NCBI RefSeq assembly: GCF_000092465.1
Contig: NC_014205.1
Span: forward strand, 540,001-572,000
Length of the DNA stretch: 32,000 nucleotides
Direction: 5' to 3'
From: Staphylothermus hellenicus DSM 12710
GTDB lineage: Archaea > Thermoproteota > Thermoprotei_A > Sulfolobales > Desulfurococcaceae
Position 1 is the first letter of the stretch; each line of letters starts with the position of its first letter. Made by a program: the position numbers and the translations under genes. The notes under the pieces were generated by a model. It saw only the letters and a program-made list of their open reading frames with translations, had not been told where the DNA came from and did no database searches. Below are positions 5,143 to 15,070 of the stretch, in pieces.

Positions 5143-6630
5143 ATGACCTATAAATACCCAATAATTCCTACAATAATAGATCCAGGCTCGCTTACCTATT
5201 TCGATCAATACAGAGAAGCAGCATTGATTATATATTTATACTCTGTTAAGGGAAAGAAACTCTCAAAGATGATACCCATATATTATCCCTTATTATTTAT
5301 TGAAGGATACAATAATAGAACATTCATAATAGATTATTTGAACAATAATGATTTTAAGCTCAAATATAAAATTCCTAATACCGACCATATCAAGTCTATT
5401 ACCCTAGATCCATTAAGCACTAATTCTTTAATCAGTATACGTAAGCTGCTCAAAGAATATGTTCGAGGAAAATATTCTCTAGAAGAAGAACTAGTATTGC
5501 CTAAAGTTATATCGAGCCGTTCAATTATTGATGAACTAGTAGAAATAGTGAGTAGGTGCGGATATGATACGCTTAGTGGATATGAAATAAACAATACACA
5601 TGCCAGCATAGATATAGATGAGTATATTGGTAAAGTAAACCAGTTCATATACCGCATCACTAAAACCGTCATGGATATTTTAAAGATGAACGAGGATCTC
5701 TCATATCAATTATTTATTGCCATAAACGATATTAAGGAAAAATACTCCAGAATCCATGGAAGAATAGATAGAAGCGTTAATGAAACACAAGAACTGATTA
5801 GAGAAAAAATTAATCTTCTAAGCACAGAAATGGTTTCAGAACTTAAAAGCACAGAGCATAGATACCGGAGAATGATTAGTAGTATAGAAATTCAAATTAG
5901 AACCATAGATAATGAGATCCATAGATTAATTAGTGAACAATCAATGTTTAGGGATAAAAAAAGACATGCTGAGCTCATCAAGGAGTTAGAGCATCAACAA
6001 AAAAGGCTTCGAGGAAAAATTAAGGAGTTGCAGAAGTCGCTTAGAAAAGATCTGGAATCGGTAAAAAATAAGTATACTAGGATGATCAGATCCGAGGAGA
6101 AAAGACTCGATCTAATAGAATCTGAGAAGGATAGGGTTTCTAGAAAAGCTGTTAGTTTAATAAATCATTTAACGGCTTCATTATCAGAGATCGAATCGTT
6201 ATCGCATAGTTTAATTGATAAGCTCCAATCATATATTAGGAGACTCGAAGAAATAACTATTATTACTCCCAAGATGAGGAGCGGTATATACTTTCTCAGA
6301 ACATATCTAGTGCAGGACACCGATAATAATTTCGAGATCATAACACCTTTAAAGATTGCTCCTAGCTATACAGGCAGAGATGTGCTAAGGACAAAATATT
6401 ATGTAAACACTAGAAGATATATTTTGTCTAAAAAAGTATTTAGGCAAATAATTGATCTTGCTAAGAACAATTATAGTGAACTAGTAAAACATGATCTGCT
6501 TAATAGGATTTCTTATGAAGATGTTAAGAATACTTTATATATTTTATCGAGGAATTATGAGAAACTAGCAAATATTAATCTCAAACATATAGATAGAATA
6601 GCTTCTAATAGTATGAATAAACAGAGATGA
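5143..6630 (+). CDS. hypothetical protein with a long central coiled-coil region
   Basis: 495 aa with an ATG start. The central ~200 residues are rich in heptad-like charged repeats (…ELIKELEHQQKRLRGKIKELQKSLRKDLESVKNKYTRMIRSEEKRLDLIESEKDRV…). They are flanked by globular-looking N- and C-terminal regions. The stop overlaps the next gene's ATG (ATGA at 6627-6630). Confidence 0.6.
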   Translation: MTYKYPIIPTIIDPGSLTYFDQYREAALIIYLYSVKGKKLSKMIPIYYPLLFIEGYNNRTFIIDYLNNNDFKLKYKIPNTDHIKSITLDPLSTNSLISIRKLLKEYVRGKYSLEEELVLPKVISSRSIIDELVEIVSRCGYDTLSGYEINNTHASIDIDEYIGKVNQFIYRITKTVMDILKMNEDLSYQLFIAINDIKEKYSRIHGRIDRSVNETQELIREKINLLSTEMVSELKSTEHRYRRMISSIEIQIRTIDNEIHRLISEQSMFRDKKRHAELIKELEHQQKRLRGKIKELQKSLRKDLESVKNKYTRMIRSEEKRLDLIESEKDRVSRKAVSLINHLTASLSEIESLSHSLIDKLQSYIRRLEEITIITPKMRSGIYFLRTYLVQDTDNNFEIITPLKIAPSYTGRDVLRTKYYVNTRRYILSKKVFRQIIDLAKNNYSELVKHDLLNRISYEDVKNTLYILSRNYEKLANINLKHIDRIASNSMNKQR

Positions 6631-7820
6631 CCTATGAATTGTCAGGTGAAGATAAACAGTATTTGAAGAAAAACATTTTAGCACTAGGCACGACAAGTCT
6701 CTTAACCGATATATCTAGTGAATCCGTTTACGCTGTTTTACCATTCTATATTCAAAGCCTAGGTTATGGAAAAGAAGTTGTAGGCCTCGTGGAGGGGGCT
6801 GGGGAGCTTGTTGCCAGCATATTTAAGTATTTGAGTGGATTCATTGCTAATAAAATACATAAATATAAGTTATTAGCCCTCATTGGTTACTCCTTATCTA
6901 ACTTTATCAAGCCATTCTTCTCTATTACTAAGAGCTCGTTAGGCATCTTGCTGGTTAAAATAATAGATAGAACAGGCAAGGGTGTAAGGACTTCTCCTAG
7001 AGACACATTGCTTGCAGCAAGTGCTAGTTCGAAATATAGGGGGAGAGCATTTGGTCTTCATAGAGCACTAGATACTGTTGGCGCGACTCTCGGCCCCTTA
7101 CTCGCTATATTTCTACTAATATATTTTGGATACATCGGTGTTTTCCTATTCAGCATAGTACCTGGATTAATCGCTATTCTAATATTGTTGTTTTTCGTTG
7201 AAGAAGTAGGTGAGAAGAAGATTGCTTCTAAGAAATCTGAGTCTTTGCAGACCAGTATGAGTCCGTATTTCTGGTTATTTGTTGCAACTGTTGCTGCTAG
7301 TGGCTTGGCAGGATATACTCAAGCCTACCTATTACTAAGAGCTAAGGAGATTGGTTGGAGTGAGGGGTTCTCTATATTGTTTCTAGTAATTGCTAATATT
7401 GTTTATGCATCTCTAGCTTACCCAATAGGTTTTATCAGTGATGTTAGAGGATTTGATAAATTATATCCATTAGTGTTTGTATTACAGTTTATAGGATCAA
7501 TTATAATAGTATTGTTTTCGCATAGCTATATAGCTATAGTTTTCTTCATTATATATGGTATATACATGGCTTTCCACGACACCCTGACAAGGATCATTAC
7601 GAGTTTCTATGTTAAGAAGAGTGTTAGAGCTAAAGCTTATGGATATATGCATGGTACATATGGGTTATCAGCTCTTATAGGCTACTATATTCTGGGCAGA
7701 ATATATGATTTAATGGGATACGCGTATGCCTTTACTTATTCTGCAATAGTAGCAGTTATAGGATTCACATTATCATTAATATTAATATATAAGACTAAAA
7801 ACATGGCCGGCGGGATCTAA
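6627..7820 (+). CDS. major facilitator superfamily (MFS) transporter
   Basis: 397 aa with many hydrophobic segments. The cytoplasmic loop motif IDRTGKGVRTSPRDTLLA is typical of an MFS_1 subfamily. The gene is tightly packed between its neighbours: a 4-nt overlap upstream and a 1-nt gap downstream. Confidence 0.8.
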   Translation: MTYELSGEDKQYLKKNILALGTTSLLTDISSESVYAVLPFYIQSLGYGKEVVGLVEGAGELVASIFKYLSGFIANKIHKYKLLALIGYSLSNFIKPFFSITKSSLGILLVKIIDRTGKGVRTSPRDTLLAASASSKYRGRAFGLHRALDTVGATLGPLLAIFLLIYFGYIGVFLFSIVPGLIAILILLFFVEEVGEKKIASKKSESLQTSMSPYFWLFVATVAASGLAGYTQAYLLLRAKEIGWSEGFSILFLVIANIVYASLAYPIGFISDVRGFDKLYPLVFVLQFIGSIIIVLFSHSYIAIVFFIIYGIYMAFHDTLTRIITSFYVKKSVRAKAYGYMHGTYGLSALIGYYILGRIYDLMGYAYAFTYSAIVAVIGFTLSLILIYKTKNMAGGI

Positions 7821-7821
7821 T

Positions 7822-8766
7822 ATGGTTACAAGCCTTAAAGGAAGAGACCTCTTAACACTAGCGGATTATTCCCGTGAAGAATTATTATTCATTATTGAAA
7901 CAGCTAAACAGCTCAAACAAAGATATCTAGCGGGTGAAAGAATTATTCCTCTACTTACAGGCAGGCACTTAGCAATGATTTTTGAAAAACCAAGTACGAG
8001 GACGAGGATAAGCTTTGAGACAGCTATGAGGGAGCTTGGCGGAGACGCTTTGTATCTTGGCTGGAAAGAACTCCAGCTAGGAAGAGGGGAGACTATTGAG
8101 GATACAGCTCGTGTTATATCTAGATATGTCGATGGTATTATGGCTCGAGTCTATGAGCATGAGAAACTCGAGAAACTTGCACGGTATAGCCGTGTACCCG
8201 TAATCAACGGGTTAAGTGATCTGCTGCATCCAGCTCAAGCATTAACGGATATCTATACTATAATGGAGAAGAAAGGATCTGATCTTAGGAAATTAAAGAT
8301 TGTATTCGTAGGAGATGGAGGCGACAATGTTCTCCACAGCTTAATGCTTGGAATAGGGATTCTAGGAGGCAAGATAATCATATCTTCTCCGAAAGGATAC
8401 GATCCCAATCCAAGAATCATTAAGTTATTCGAGGAAAAAGCCGTGCCAAATGGTGGAGAATACGAAATAATACGAGATCCTTATGAAGCAGTTAGAGATG
8501 CTGACGTAGTATATACTGATGTATGGGTTAGCATGGGGCAGGAGGCTGAAAAAGAGAAGAGAATAAAAGATCTGGAGCCATACCGTGTAACAGTTGAGTT
8601 AATGAAGCAAGCTAAGCCGGATGCTGTATTTATGCATTGTCTACCAGCACATAGAGGGCAAGAGGTTGTTGATGAAGTAATTGATGGTAAATGGAGTATT
8701 GTATGGGATCAAGCAGAGAACCGTAAACATGTACAAAAAGCTATTCTTGCACTCATCATTCCATAG
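7822..8766 (+). CDS. argF: ornithine carbamoyltransferase
   Basis: Canonical motifs are present: STRTRISFE, HPAQALTD, DVWVSMGQE (the OTC-specific DxxxSMG) and HCLPAHRGQEV. The length is 314 aa. Confidence 0.9.
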   Translation: MVTSLKGRDLLTLADYSREELLFIIETAKQLKQRYLAGERIIPLLTGRHLAMIFEKPSTRTRISFETAMRELGGDALYLGWKELQLGRGETIEDTARVISRYVDGIMARVYEHEKLEKLARYSRVPVINGLSDLLHPAQALTDIYTIMEKKGSDLRKLKIVFVGDGGDNVLHSLMLGIGILGGKIIISSPKGYDPNPRIIKLFEEKAVPNGGEYEIIRDPYEAVRDADVVYTDVWVSMGQEAEKEKRIKDLEPYRVTVELMKQAKPDAVFMHCLPAHRGQEVVDEVIDGKWSIVWDQAENRKHVQKAILALIIP

Positions 8767-8797
8767 AACAAGGTATACGCGTATATTAGAGAAACAA

Positions 8798-8809
8798 TTT
8801 TTATTTTTT
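8798..8809 (+). terminator. oligo-T terminator candidate after argF
   Basis: TTTTTATTTTTT lies 32 nt after the argF stop codon, and a 70-nt gap follows before the next gene. Confidence 0.45.
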
Positions 8810-8879
8810 CAAAAGATTATCTTTTTAAAAGCTGAAACATGTTTTATGAATTAGTTGTTTATTGTGATGGTGGAAAGAA

Positions 8880-11285
8880 ATGAGCCGATCATTTTATAGG
8901 ATCGTTGATAAGATTTATTTGTGGCTGGATAAAAGACCTGGTGCAGGTAAGGCATTAACATATCTTGTCTTATTATTAATTATTGTTTTCGGCATATATG
9001 TGCGTGGATTACCAGCTATAAATTATGGATTAGAGCTACATGCTAATGACCCATGGATCGAGTATTGGCAAGCGAACTATACAGTTACCCATGGCTTATT
9101 ATCATGGTATAGTCTAACAAGACAAAATCCCGATACACATATATTCTGGTATCCATGGGGCAGAGATTTTACTAGGTCAAGCTATCCAGGCCTCCCAATA
9201 TGGACTGCTTTAACTTATCCTCTTGTTAAACCATTTGGATTAACAATTAAGGATTGGATAGTTCTACAGCCATTATTGTTTGCAGTAATCGCTTTCATCA
9301 CTATATTTCTAGCAGCCAAAGAACTTACTAGGGGAAATATTTTCGCAGGCCTCTTCGCTGTCCTAATGTATGCTGTTGTTCCTGCCGCCAGTGATAGAAA
9401 TATTGTTGGTTTCGTTGAGAAGGAAGGTATAGCTTTAGGCTTCATATTCTTATTTATATATTTCTACGCTAAGCTGGCTAGGACTATAAACGATAAGGGG
9501 GCAGGGGGGACTGCTAAGATAAAATATGCTGTTCTAGCAGGTCTTTCAATGGCTGTTGTAGGATGGTTCTGGGGTGGATACAGCTATTTGCTTGGGAGCT
9601 TCATCTTATTCCTCATGCTATATCCGTTGTTTGCTCCTAAAGAGATAACTTTAGATTTTATAAAGTATAATATACTCGTAGTAGTTCTCTCACTATTATT
9701 TGTCAGTGTATCTCCTTCAATAATAGTTCATCTAGGACTATATCCATTCAGAATCCGTGGATTAGCAACATTAATGCTTGGACTATTGTTATTGCCTATA
9801 CTATTCTATCTACTCCATAACGGCTACAAGTATTTACATCTTAAGAAGCCATTGATCGGTGTATGGCATTATTTCGGAATACTAGTGATCGTAGTGATTG
9901 CTGGCCTAGCCCTTATCTCTGCGGGAGTAATCAATATTGGTGCCAGATATGCATGGGCTCTAGGTTTACACTTTGTTAAGGCTCCACCACTAGTTAGAAG
10001 TGTTGAAGAGCACCAACCAGCTATTCAATCAGCTGGAATACTGGGAGTACTTCATTCATGGGGTACAGGGGTTTACTGGTTATTCTTTGTTTCACCATTG
10101 TTCCTAGCATTTTTCGGGGCTCTATACTTACTATATAAGGGAGGAGCTGATCGAATATATGTTGCCATAGGCTTCCTACTCGCATTCTACGCATATTTCA
10201 ACGCTGCATACTTCGAAGCTTTAGCATCATCGTATGGATTATTAGTTGCAGGAATATTTTCAGGATACTTGTGGAGTAGAGTGGTTCCTACAAGACAGGA
10301 AATTAATGAGTGGAGGAGGGGGAGAGCAAGGATTAAGACTGATTCAGGATTCAGAATAATCGCTGGAGTACTGGTGGTTCTAGTATTTATTAATCTTGGA
10401 TTCAGCGGCTACAATATCTATGCACAATATGAAAACACAATATACTCGATAATGAGTGGTGGAGCACCAATCAATGCGCGCACGGATGCATGGTATCAAA
10501 CACTAGATTTCCTAAGAACAAATACTAGTAAGGATTCATTAGTTGTGGCTTGGTGGGATTATGGATACTGGATAAGCGTTGGCGCTCATAGAGCAACTGT
10601 TGCAGATGGTGCAACTCTTAACTCTACACAGATATCATTACTAGCAAAAATACTGACAGCAAAGAACTCGTCTGAAGCAGTAGAGCTTTTGAAGAAGCTG
10701 AAAGCACCAGTAAATAAGACGTACATTCTAGTTTTCGATGTTTTCCAGTTCCTGCCGCGGCAAGGTAATTCTTATATGGTATATCCTGTAAGAGCTGGGT
10801 TGATTATTGGATTAGTAGATATTCCTAAGAGTAGGTGGATGATAGAGATTGGCGGTAGGGATATGAGCGAATACTTCTACCTATACAGGGATCCAAGCGG
10901 CGGCGTGGTTCTTGCACCCAGATTTGATGAACCAGATACTCTACCATTAATATATAAGATCCTGGTAGACAGCATACTTTACCTGAACATTCAAGACAAG
11001 AACCATACATATTACTTTACATGGTATACAGGTACACCTACCACTTTAAGCTACGAGTATCTAAGTAGTCTTAGCAGGTATGGATTAAATATAAAGTATG
11101 AAATAGATGCTTATCAAACCAAGACGTTAACCTTGGCAGATAGACCTCTAGCCAATGATCCCTATATTAAGCCATATATGGTTATTGCTAAACCATTCTA
11201 TGGAATAACGCTTAGAAGCGGTGGATCACTTGTAGAAGTAATAAGTATTTATCAAGTAACGATGCCAAACACGACTGGAAGCTAA
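8880..11285 (+). CDS. aglB: archaeal oligosaccharyltransferase AglB (STT3 family)
   Basis: 801 aa. The N-terminal half is polytopic membrane, followed by a soluble C-terminal domain. The catalytic WWDYGYW motif is present (VVAWWDYGYWISVG). Confidence 0.9.
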   Translation: MSRSFYRIVDKIYLWLDKRPGAGKALTYLVLLLIIVFGIYVRGLPAINYGLELHANDPWIEYWQANYTVTHGLLSWYSLTRQNPDTHIFWYPWGRDFTRSSYPGLPIWTALTYPLVKPFGLTIKDWIVLQPLLFAVIAFITIFLAAKELTRGNIFAGLFAVLMYAVVPAASDRNIVGFVEKEGIALGFIFLFIYFYAKLARTINDKGAGGTAKIKYAVLAGLSMAVVGWFWGGYSYLLGSFILFLMLYPLFAPKEITLDFIKYNILVVVLSLLFVSVSPSIIVHLGLYPFRIRGLATLMLGLLLLPILFYLLHNGYKYLHLKKPLIGVWHYFGILVIVVIAGLALISAGVINIGARYAWALGLHFVKAPPLVRSVEEHQPAIQSAGILGVLHSWGTGVYWLFFVSPLFLAFFGALYLLYKGGADRIYVAIGFLLAFYAYFNAAYFEALASSYGLLVAGIFSGYLWSRVVPTRQEINEWRRGRARIKTDSGFRIIAGVLVVLVFINLGFSGYNIYAQYENTIYSIMSGGAPINARTDAWYQTLDFLRTNTSKDSLVVAWWDYGYWISVGAHRATVADGATLNSTQISLLAKILTAKNSSEAVELLKKLKAPVNKTYILVFDVFQFLPRQGNSYMVYPVRAGLIIGLVDIPKSRWMIEIGGRDMSEYFYLYRDPSGGVVLAPRFDEPDTLPLIYKILVDSILYLNIQDKNHTYYFTWYTGTPTTLSYEYLSSLSRYGLNIKYEIDAYQTKTLTLADRPLANDPYIKPYMVIAKPFYGITLRSGGSLVEVISIYQVTMPNTTGS

Positions 11286-11359
11286 AACATAATTAAACAT
11301 GATGTATCCATCTCCTTTTAATAAAATCTCTTATAGATAATTTAAGCGGGTGTAGCGTA

Positions 11360-11920
11360 TTGATATTTAGGCGTAAAAAGATTAATCCATACAAGGCGAC
11401 TTTATACGCTATTTACAATGTTAAGCAAGGCATGAGCCGTATAGAGGCTTTAATGGATAGAATTAAGAACCGTAGACGCCGCATGCTCGAAATAGCTGCG
11501 CAGCTTGAAATGCGTGGTGAAACATTTCTAGCCAAGAAATATGCATCTGAAATAGCAAAGCTGGACAAGATTCATTCGAGACTTGCAGATCTGAGATTGG
11601 TTCTTGAAAAAATAGTATTAAGCCTTGAATACGCTATGACCCTGCATAATTTCAAAGGTATAGCTAAGGAGGTTCTAAACTTAACTAATGAATTAAAGAA
11701 GCTTCCAGAAGCAACTATTCCAGACATAGGCTTGTTATTTGCTAATTTAGAATCAACTCTTAGAAGCCTAGAAGCGTCTAGCTATGAAATACCAGATATA
11801 AGTTATCCATCTATTATGGAGGACTATGGTGATTCTGAGAAAATACTTATGGAGGCTAGAGAAATTGTTAAGAAGAAGTTGGAGACAGAACTAGCTGTTA
11901 GTAATGATAACAATTATTAG
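11360..11920 (+). CDS. ESCRT-III / Snf7-family protein (CdvB paralog-like)
   Basis: 186 aa with a TTG start. It has a basic N-terminus (MIFRRKK) followed by a long helical hairpin pattern: ...RRRRMLEIAAQLEMRGETFLAKKYASEIAKLDKIHSRLADLRLVLEKIVLSLEYA...KEVLNLTNELKKLPE.... The tail is acidic. The layout matches Snf7/CdvB by eye, and there is no winged-helix extension. Confidence 0.55.
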   Translation: MIFRRKKINPYKATLYAIYNVKQGMSRIEALMDRIKNRRRRMLEIAAQLEMRGETFLAKKYASEIAKLDKIHSRLADLRLVLEKIVLSLEYAMTLHNFKGIAKEVLNLTNELKKLPEATIPDIGLLFANLESTLRSLEASSYEIPDISYPSIMEDYGDSEKILMEAREIVKKKLETELAVSNDNNY

Positions 11921-11924
11921 TTAG

Positions 11925-12602
11925 TCATAAGATAAGAGCATACTTCTTCTCCTCCTTCAGCAACACTATCTTAACTTTTAGCTTCTCCAATAATTCCTTA
12001 AGTTCAGGTGGAATACTTGATACTAGATCAATAGGCATAGTTATTATGTGACTATTAAACTTCTTGTTGAGAATTGCCGAGCCAAGTGCATACGCTAATG
12101 CTTTTAACTGTGTAGGCTTATCGATTGCCGGATCAATTACCCATACACCTATTCTTTCATTGTTTTCTTTAGCAATAATATCTGGTGCTAATGGTTTTCT
12201 ATGATACTGGTTCTCATAGGCTTCATATCCAATCTTCTTAAGTTCCTCAATTATTTGAGCCAATAAATGCTTTCTAGTCGGTATAAATCTATATTCTTCT
12301 AAGTACTTTTCTAAAGGTCCATGTATTTCCGGATCATAAAGTGTATATCTACCTCTAGCAATTCTGAAGAGGAAGAGCTTGTCTGGGTCACGGTAGCGGT
12401 CCTTACTATTACTATTAACTGTTACTAAGTCTATTTCAAAATCTAGACTGGTCTCGGGACGTGTTGGATCAAGTGTTTTAGCGAATTTTGTTAATTCTTT
12501 TCTGCTAAATCTTTTCTTACCCGATTTGACCAGTTGTTCTGCGGCTTCCTTAAGGATCATCCAGTTAGGTTTCTTGCTGAGATTTCCTAGATTGTTAGCC
12601 AA
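11925..12602 (-). CDS. hypothetical protein; N-terminal winged-helix-like region and C-terminal restriction-endonuclease-like (PD-(D/E)xK-like) region, both weak
   Basis: 225 aa; the start is TTG 12602 or ATG 12560. 'FRIARGRYTLYDP' resembles wHTH wing motifs of Mrr_N-type domains. 'LAPDIIAKENNERIGVWVID' resembles the PD...ExK core, but no clear ExK lysine is present. Confidence 0.5.
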   Translation of the reverse strand: MANNLGNLSKKPNWMILKEAAEQLVKSGKKRFSRKELTKFAKTLDPTRPETSLDFEIDLVTVNSNSKDRYRDPDKLFLFRIARGRYTLYDPEIHGPLEKYLEEYRFIPTRKHLLAQIIEELKKIGYEAYENQYHRKPLAPDIIAKENNERIGVWVIDPAIDKPTQLKALAYALGSAILNKKFNSHIITMPIDLVSSIPPELKELLEKLKVKIVLLKEEKKYALIL

Positions 12603-12758
12603 GGCTTTTCACCAGATAAATAAACATGGTTTAATTCCCGTAATAAATTTATTCTAGCTGGGTTGATCAGAAGAGGTTTAGTGAATGAATAAAATAATGG
12701 TTAAAAATAGGTTCAGGATATAAAAATAAAGTTACACCATATAATATTAGTTAACGAT

Positions 12759-13622
12759 TTACTCAGAAGCGTTCTCCTGGAAAGTATTTATGAGTTTTCT
12801 TGCTAACTCTTTAATTGCTTTTGCAGCTTCTGCATCAGGATATTCAATATAGTATGGAACACCCTTATCTAATGCTTCACCAATGTAGGGATCTAAAGGT
12901 ATTTTTGCTAGAAGTTCTGTATTGAATTTTTTAGCTAGTTCTTCCCCTGTGCTTTTCCCTAATACATAATATATTGAGCCGCATTTAGGGCATTTAAAGT
13001 AGCTCATATTCTCCACGATGCCTAGTAATCTAACATTGTTATTTACTACGAAATTTATCGCTTTAGCAACTATTACTTCGGACAATACACTTGGGGCTGT
13101 AACAATAATTGCTCCATCAAGATCTTTTATTGTTTGAACAATAGTAATTGCTTCATCGCCTGTTCCCGGGGGAAGATCAATTATTAAGAAATCGTTTTCT
13201 CCCCAGTTCACCTTAGCTAAAAATTCTGTTATAGCTTTAGATTTTAATGGGCCCCTCCAAATAATTGGCGTATCAGGTGAGTCAAGCATTAAGTTTGTAG
13301 CTACAACTTTTATTCCCAATGGACCCGGAGTGGGCTCTATACCGTTTGCACTAGCATATAGCCTCATACCATGCATTGCAAGAACTGTAGGTATTGAGGA
13401 ACCATGTATGTCTGCATCGAGTAAAGCTATCCTATACCCCTCAGAGGCTAGTGCTAGACTCAACATTGCAGATACAAATGTTTTCCCTACTCCTCCCTTA
13501 CCGCTTAAAACCATTATTTTATGTTTGGTTTTACTTAGTCTCTCCCTAGCATCATTCATTAACTTGTAGATGGACGTAAACGTTCTCTGTTGTGTTGGGG
13601 CTTGGCTAGTATTTTGGCTCAT
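12759..13622 (-). CDS. Mrp/NBP35 (ApbC) family P-loop ATPase, Fe-S cluster carrier
   Basis: It carries the deviant Walker A SGKGGVGKT, the DLPPGTGD motif and a CPKCG cysteine pair. The longest ORF starts at TTG 13658, but ATG 13622 (MSQNTSQ...) is preferred. Confidence 0.85.
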   Translation of the reverse strand: MSQNTSQAPTQQRTFTSIYKLMNDARERLSKTKHKIMVLSGKGGVGKTFVSAMLSLALASEGYRIALLDADIHGSSIPTVLAMHGMRLYASANGIEPTPGPLGIKVVATNLMLDSPDTPIIWRGPLKSKAITEFLAKVNWGENDFLIIDLPPGTGDEAITIVQTIKDLDGAIIVTAPSVLSEVIVAKAINFVVNNNVRLLGIVENMSYFKCPKCGSIYYVLGKSTGEELAKKFNTELLAKIPLDPYIGEALDKGVPYYIEYPDAEAAKAIKELARKLINTFQENASE

Positions 13623-13771
13623 ATTGATCAACCCATAACTAGTTAATAGCCTTGTCAAAGCTCTAATATAATGTTTAAACCCCTAATAAAACATGATAAA
13701 TGTTTACTTGTAAGGAATAATAATGTATAGGAAGATAAGCGCAACATATATCTCTAATATTTATTCAGGAA

Positions 13772-14983
13772 ATGGTGTTGATGATTTTGAGCAGTGACGA
13801 AAGATATGCTATGGTTTCAAAAAAGCTTTTAAAACAACAGTTTATTAGCTTAACAATTAATGTTTTAGGCGGATTTGCTTCAAGCATATTTTTAGGCATG
13901 TATAGGTTTTTTATAAGAGATAACCCATGGATTCTTGCAATTAATCCTCCACTAAAAGATCTCAATGGAAATATTTATTCAAGCCTATTATCCCGTTTAA
14001 ATAGCGGATTATATCTTGGATCAATTAAGCCTAGGCTCAGGGATAAAGTAGTAATAAGCAATATATTGGTTGTATTATCCACGTTGGTCATAACAAGTAC
14101 AATCATATTATTTACTACATGGATTCTTATAGGTGGAGACTCATTATTAATATTTGAAGCTGCTTTGCCCTCAATGATTTTTGTATCAATTATAATGTAT
14201 CCGTTTACATCTTATTCATCCATATATTTATATAGGCATGGATATGAGCCTGAAAGCTTAATGTTGCCCGTTGTTTTTCTGTTATCGGATATCATTACTA
14301 CACCGGTACTCATTGGTTATTCATTACTGGTATTGTCTAATAATATGATTAGACATATTGTTTTCATATTAATATTGTTGGTTACTGTGTTTTTAGCTTA
14401 TATATCATACATGTACAGGTTACGTGGGACTTTTAGAACTATAGGTGAAAGCCAATTAGTATTAATTTTCTGCTTATTCCTAGATGTTGGAGCAGGTGCT
14501 TTTCTAGCTAGAAACATTGATCTCCTAGTATCTTATCCCTTCATAATATTGACTGTGTCTGTTTTTAATGGATTAATGGGGTCTTTGACATCAATCTATG
14601 CAATTAGACAGAATGTTCTATATCATATAGGCTTAACAAGTCTTAAGCCGGATAAGAAAAAGCTGAGCTATCTCCCCTACATGTATGTTTTATCAATCTA
14701 TACATCGTTTTTAATATCAATAATAGGTTATGCTCTAACATATATCGTAACCGGCGGCTCAGTGTTGTCGATTGGTATCGCGATACTTATATCACTAGTA
14801 TCATCTATAATTATAACACCTATTCTATGGGTTTTGATACAAATATTTGCTTATCTAAGCTTTAAAATAGGTTTTGACCCCGATAATGTTATGTCACCCA
14901 TACTGACTAGCATGATAGATATTATAGGCACAATCACATATATCGTAACTGCTAACATGATTATTTCCGCAATATTGGCTTAG
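13772..14983 (+). CDS. MgtE/SLC41-type divalent cation transporter membrane protein (tandem TM domains, no cytosolic domain)
   Basis: 403 aa and polytopic. 'PLKDLNGNIYSSLLSRLNSGLYLG' and the C-terminal 'DPDNVMSPILTSMIDIIGTITYI' match MgtE TM-domain signatures (P.l.g.GN..s and DP....P..T...D..G...Y). Confidence 0.65.
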   Translation: MVLMILSSDERYAMVSKKLLKQQFISLTINVLGGFASSIFLGMYRFFIRDNPWILAINPPLKDLNGNIYSSLLSRLNSGLYLGSIKPRLRDKVVISNILVVLSTLVITSTIILFTTWILIGGDSLLIFEAALPSMIFVSIIMYPFTSYSSIYLYRHGYEPESLMLPVVFLLSDIITTPVLIGYSLLVLSNNMIRHIVFILILLVTVFLAYISYMYRLRGTFRTIGESQLVLIFCLFLDVGAGAFLARNIDLLVSYPFIILTVSVFNGLMGSLTSIYAIRQNVLYHIGLTSLKPDKKKLSYLPYMYVLSIYTSFLISIIGYALTYIVTGGSVLSIGIAILISLVSSIIITPILWVLIQIFAYLSFKIGFDPDNVMSPILTSMIDIIGTITYIVTANMIISAILA

Positions 14984-15070
14984 CATTAATATAAAACAGA
15001 TGGATAATTATTTTCTAGAATCCATTAAAAGAACACATATACATAAATAGTGAAGTCATGGTGTGAAAAA

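Noticed and set aside
3601-8766. Interpreting the two carbamoyltransferases plus the transporter as an arginine deiminase (arcABCD-like) pathway cluster
   Set aside because: No arginine deiminase or carbamate kinase gene is present in the window. The transporter is MFS rather than an ArcD-type antiporter. The idea is unsupported by what is visible.
9215-11010. ORFs 9215..9445 (-) and 10825..11010 (-) inside aglB
   Set aside because: They are antisense to the AglB gene, which is motif-supported. They are shadow ORFs.
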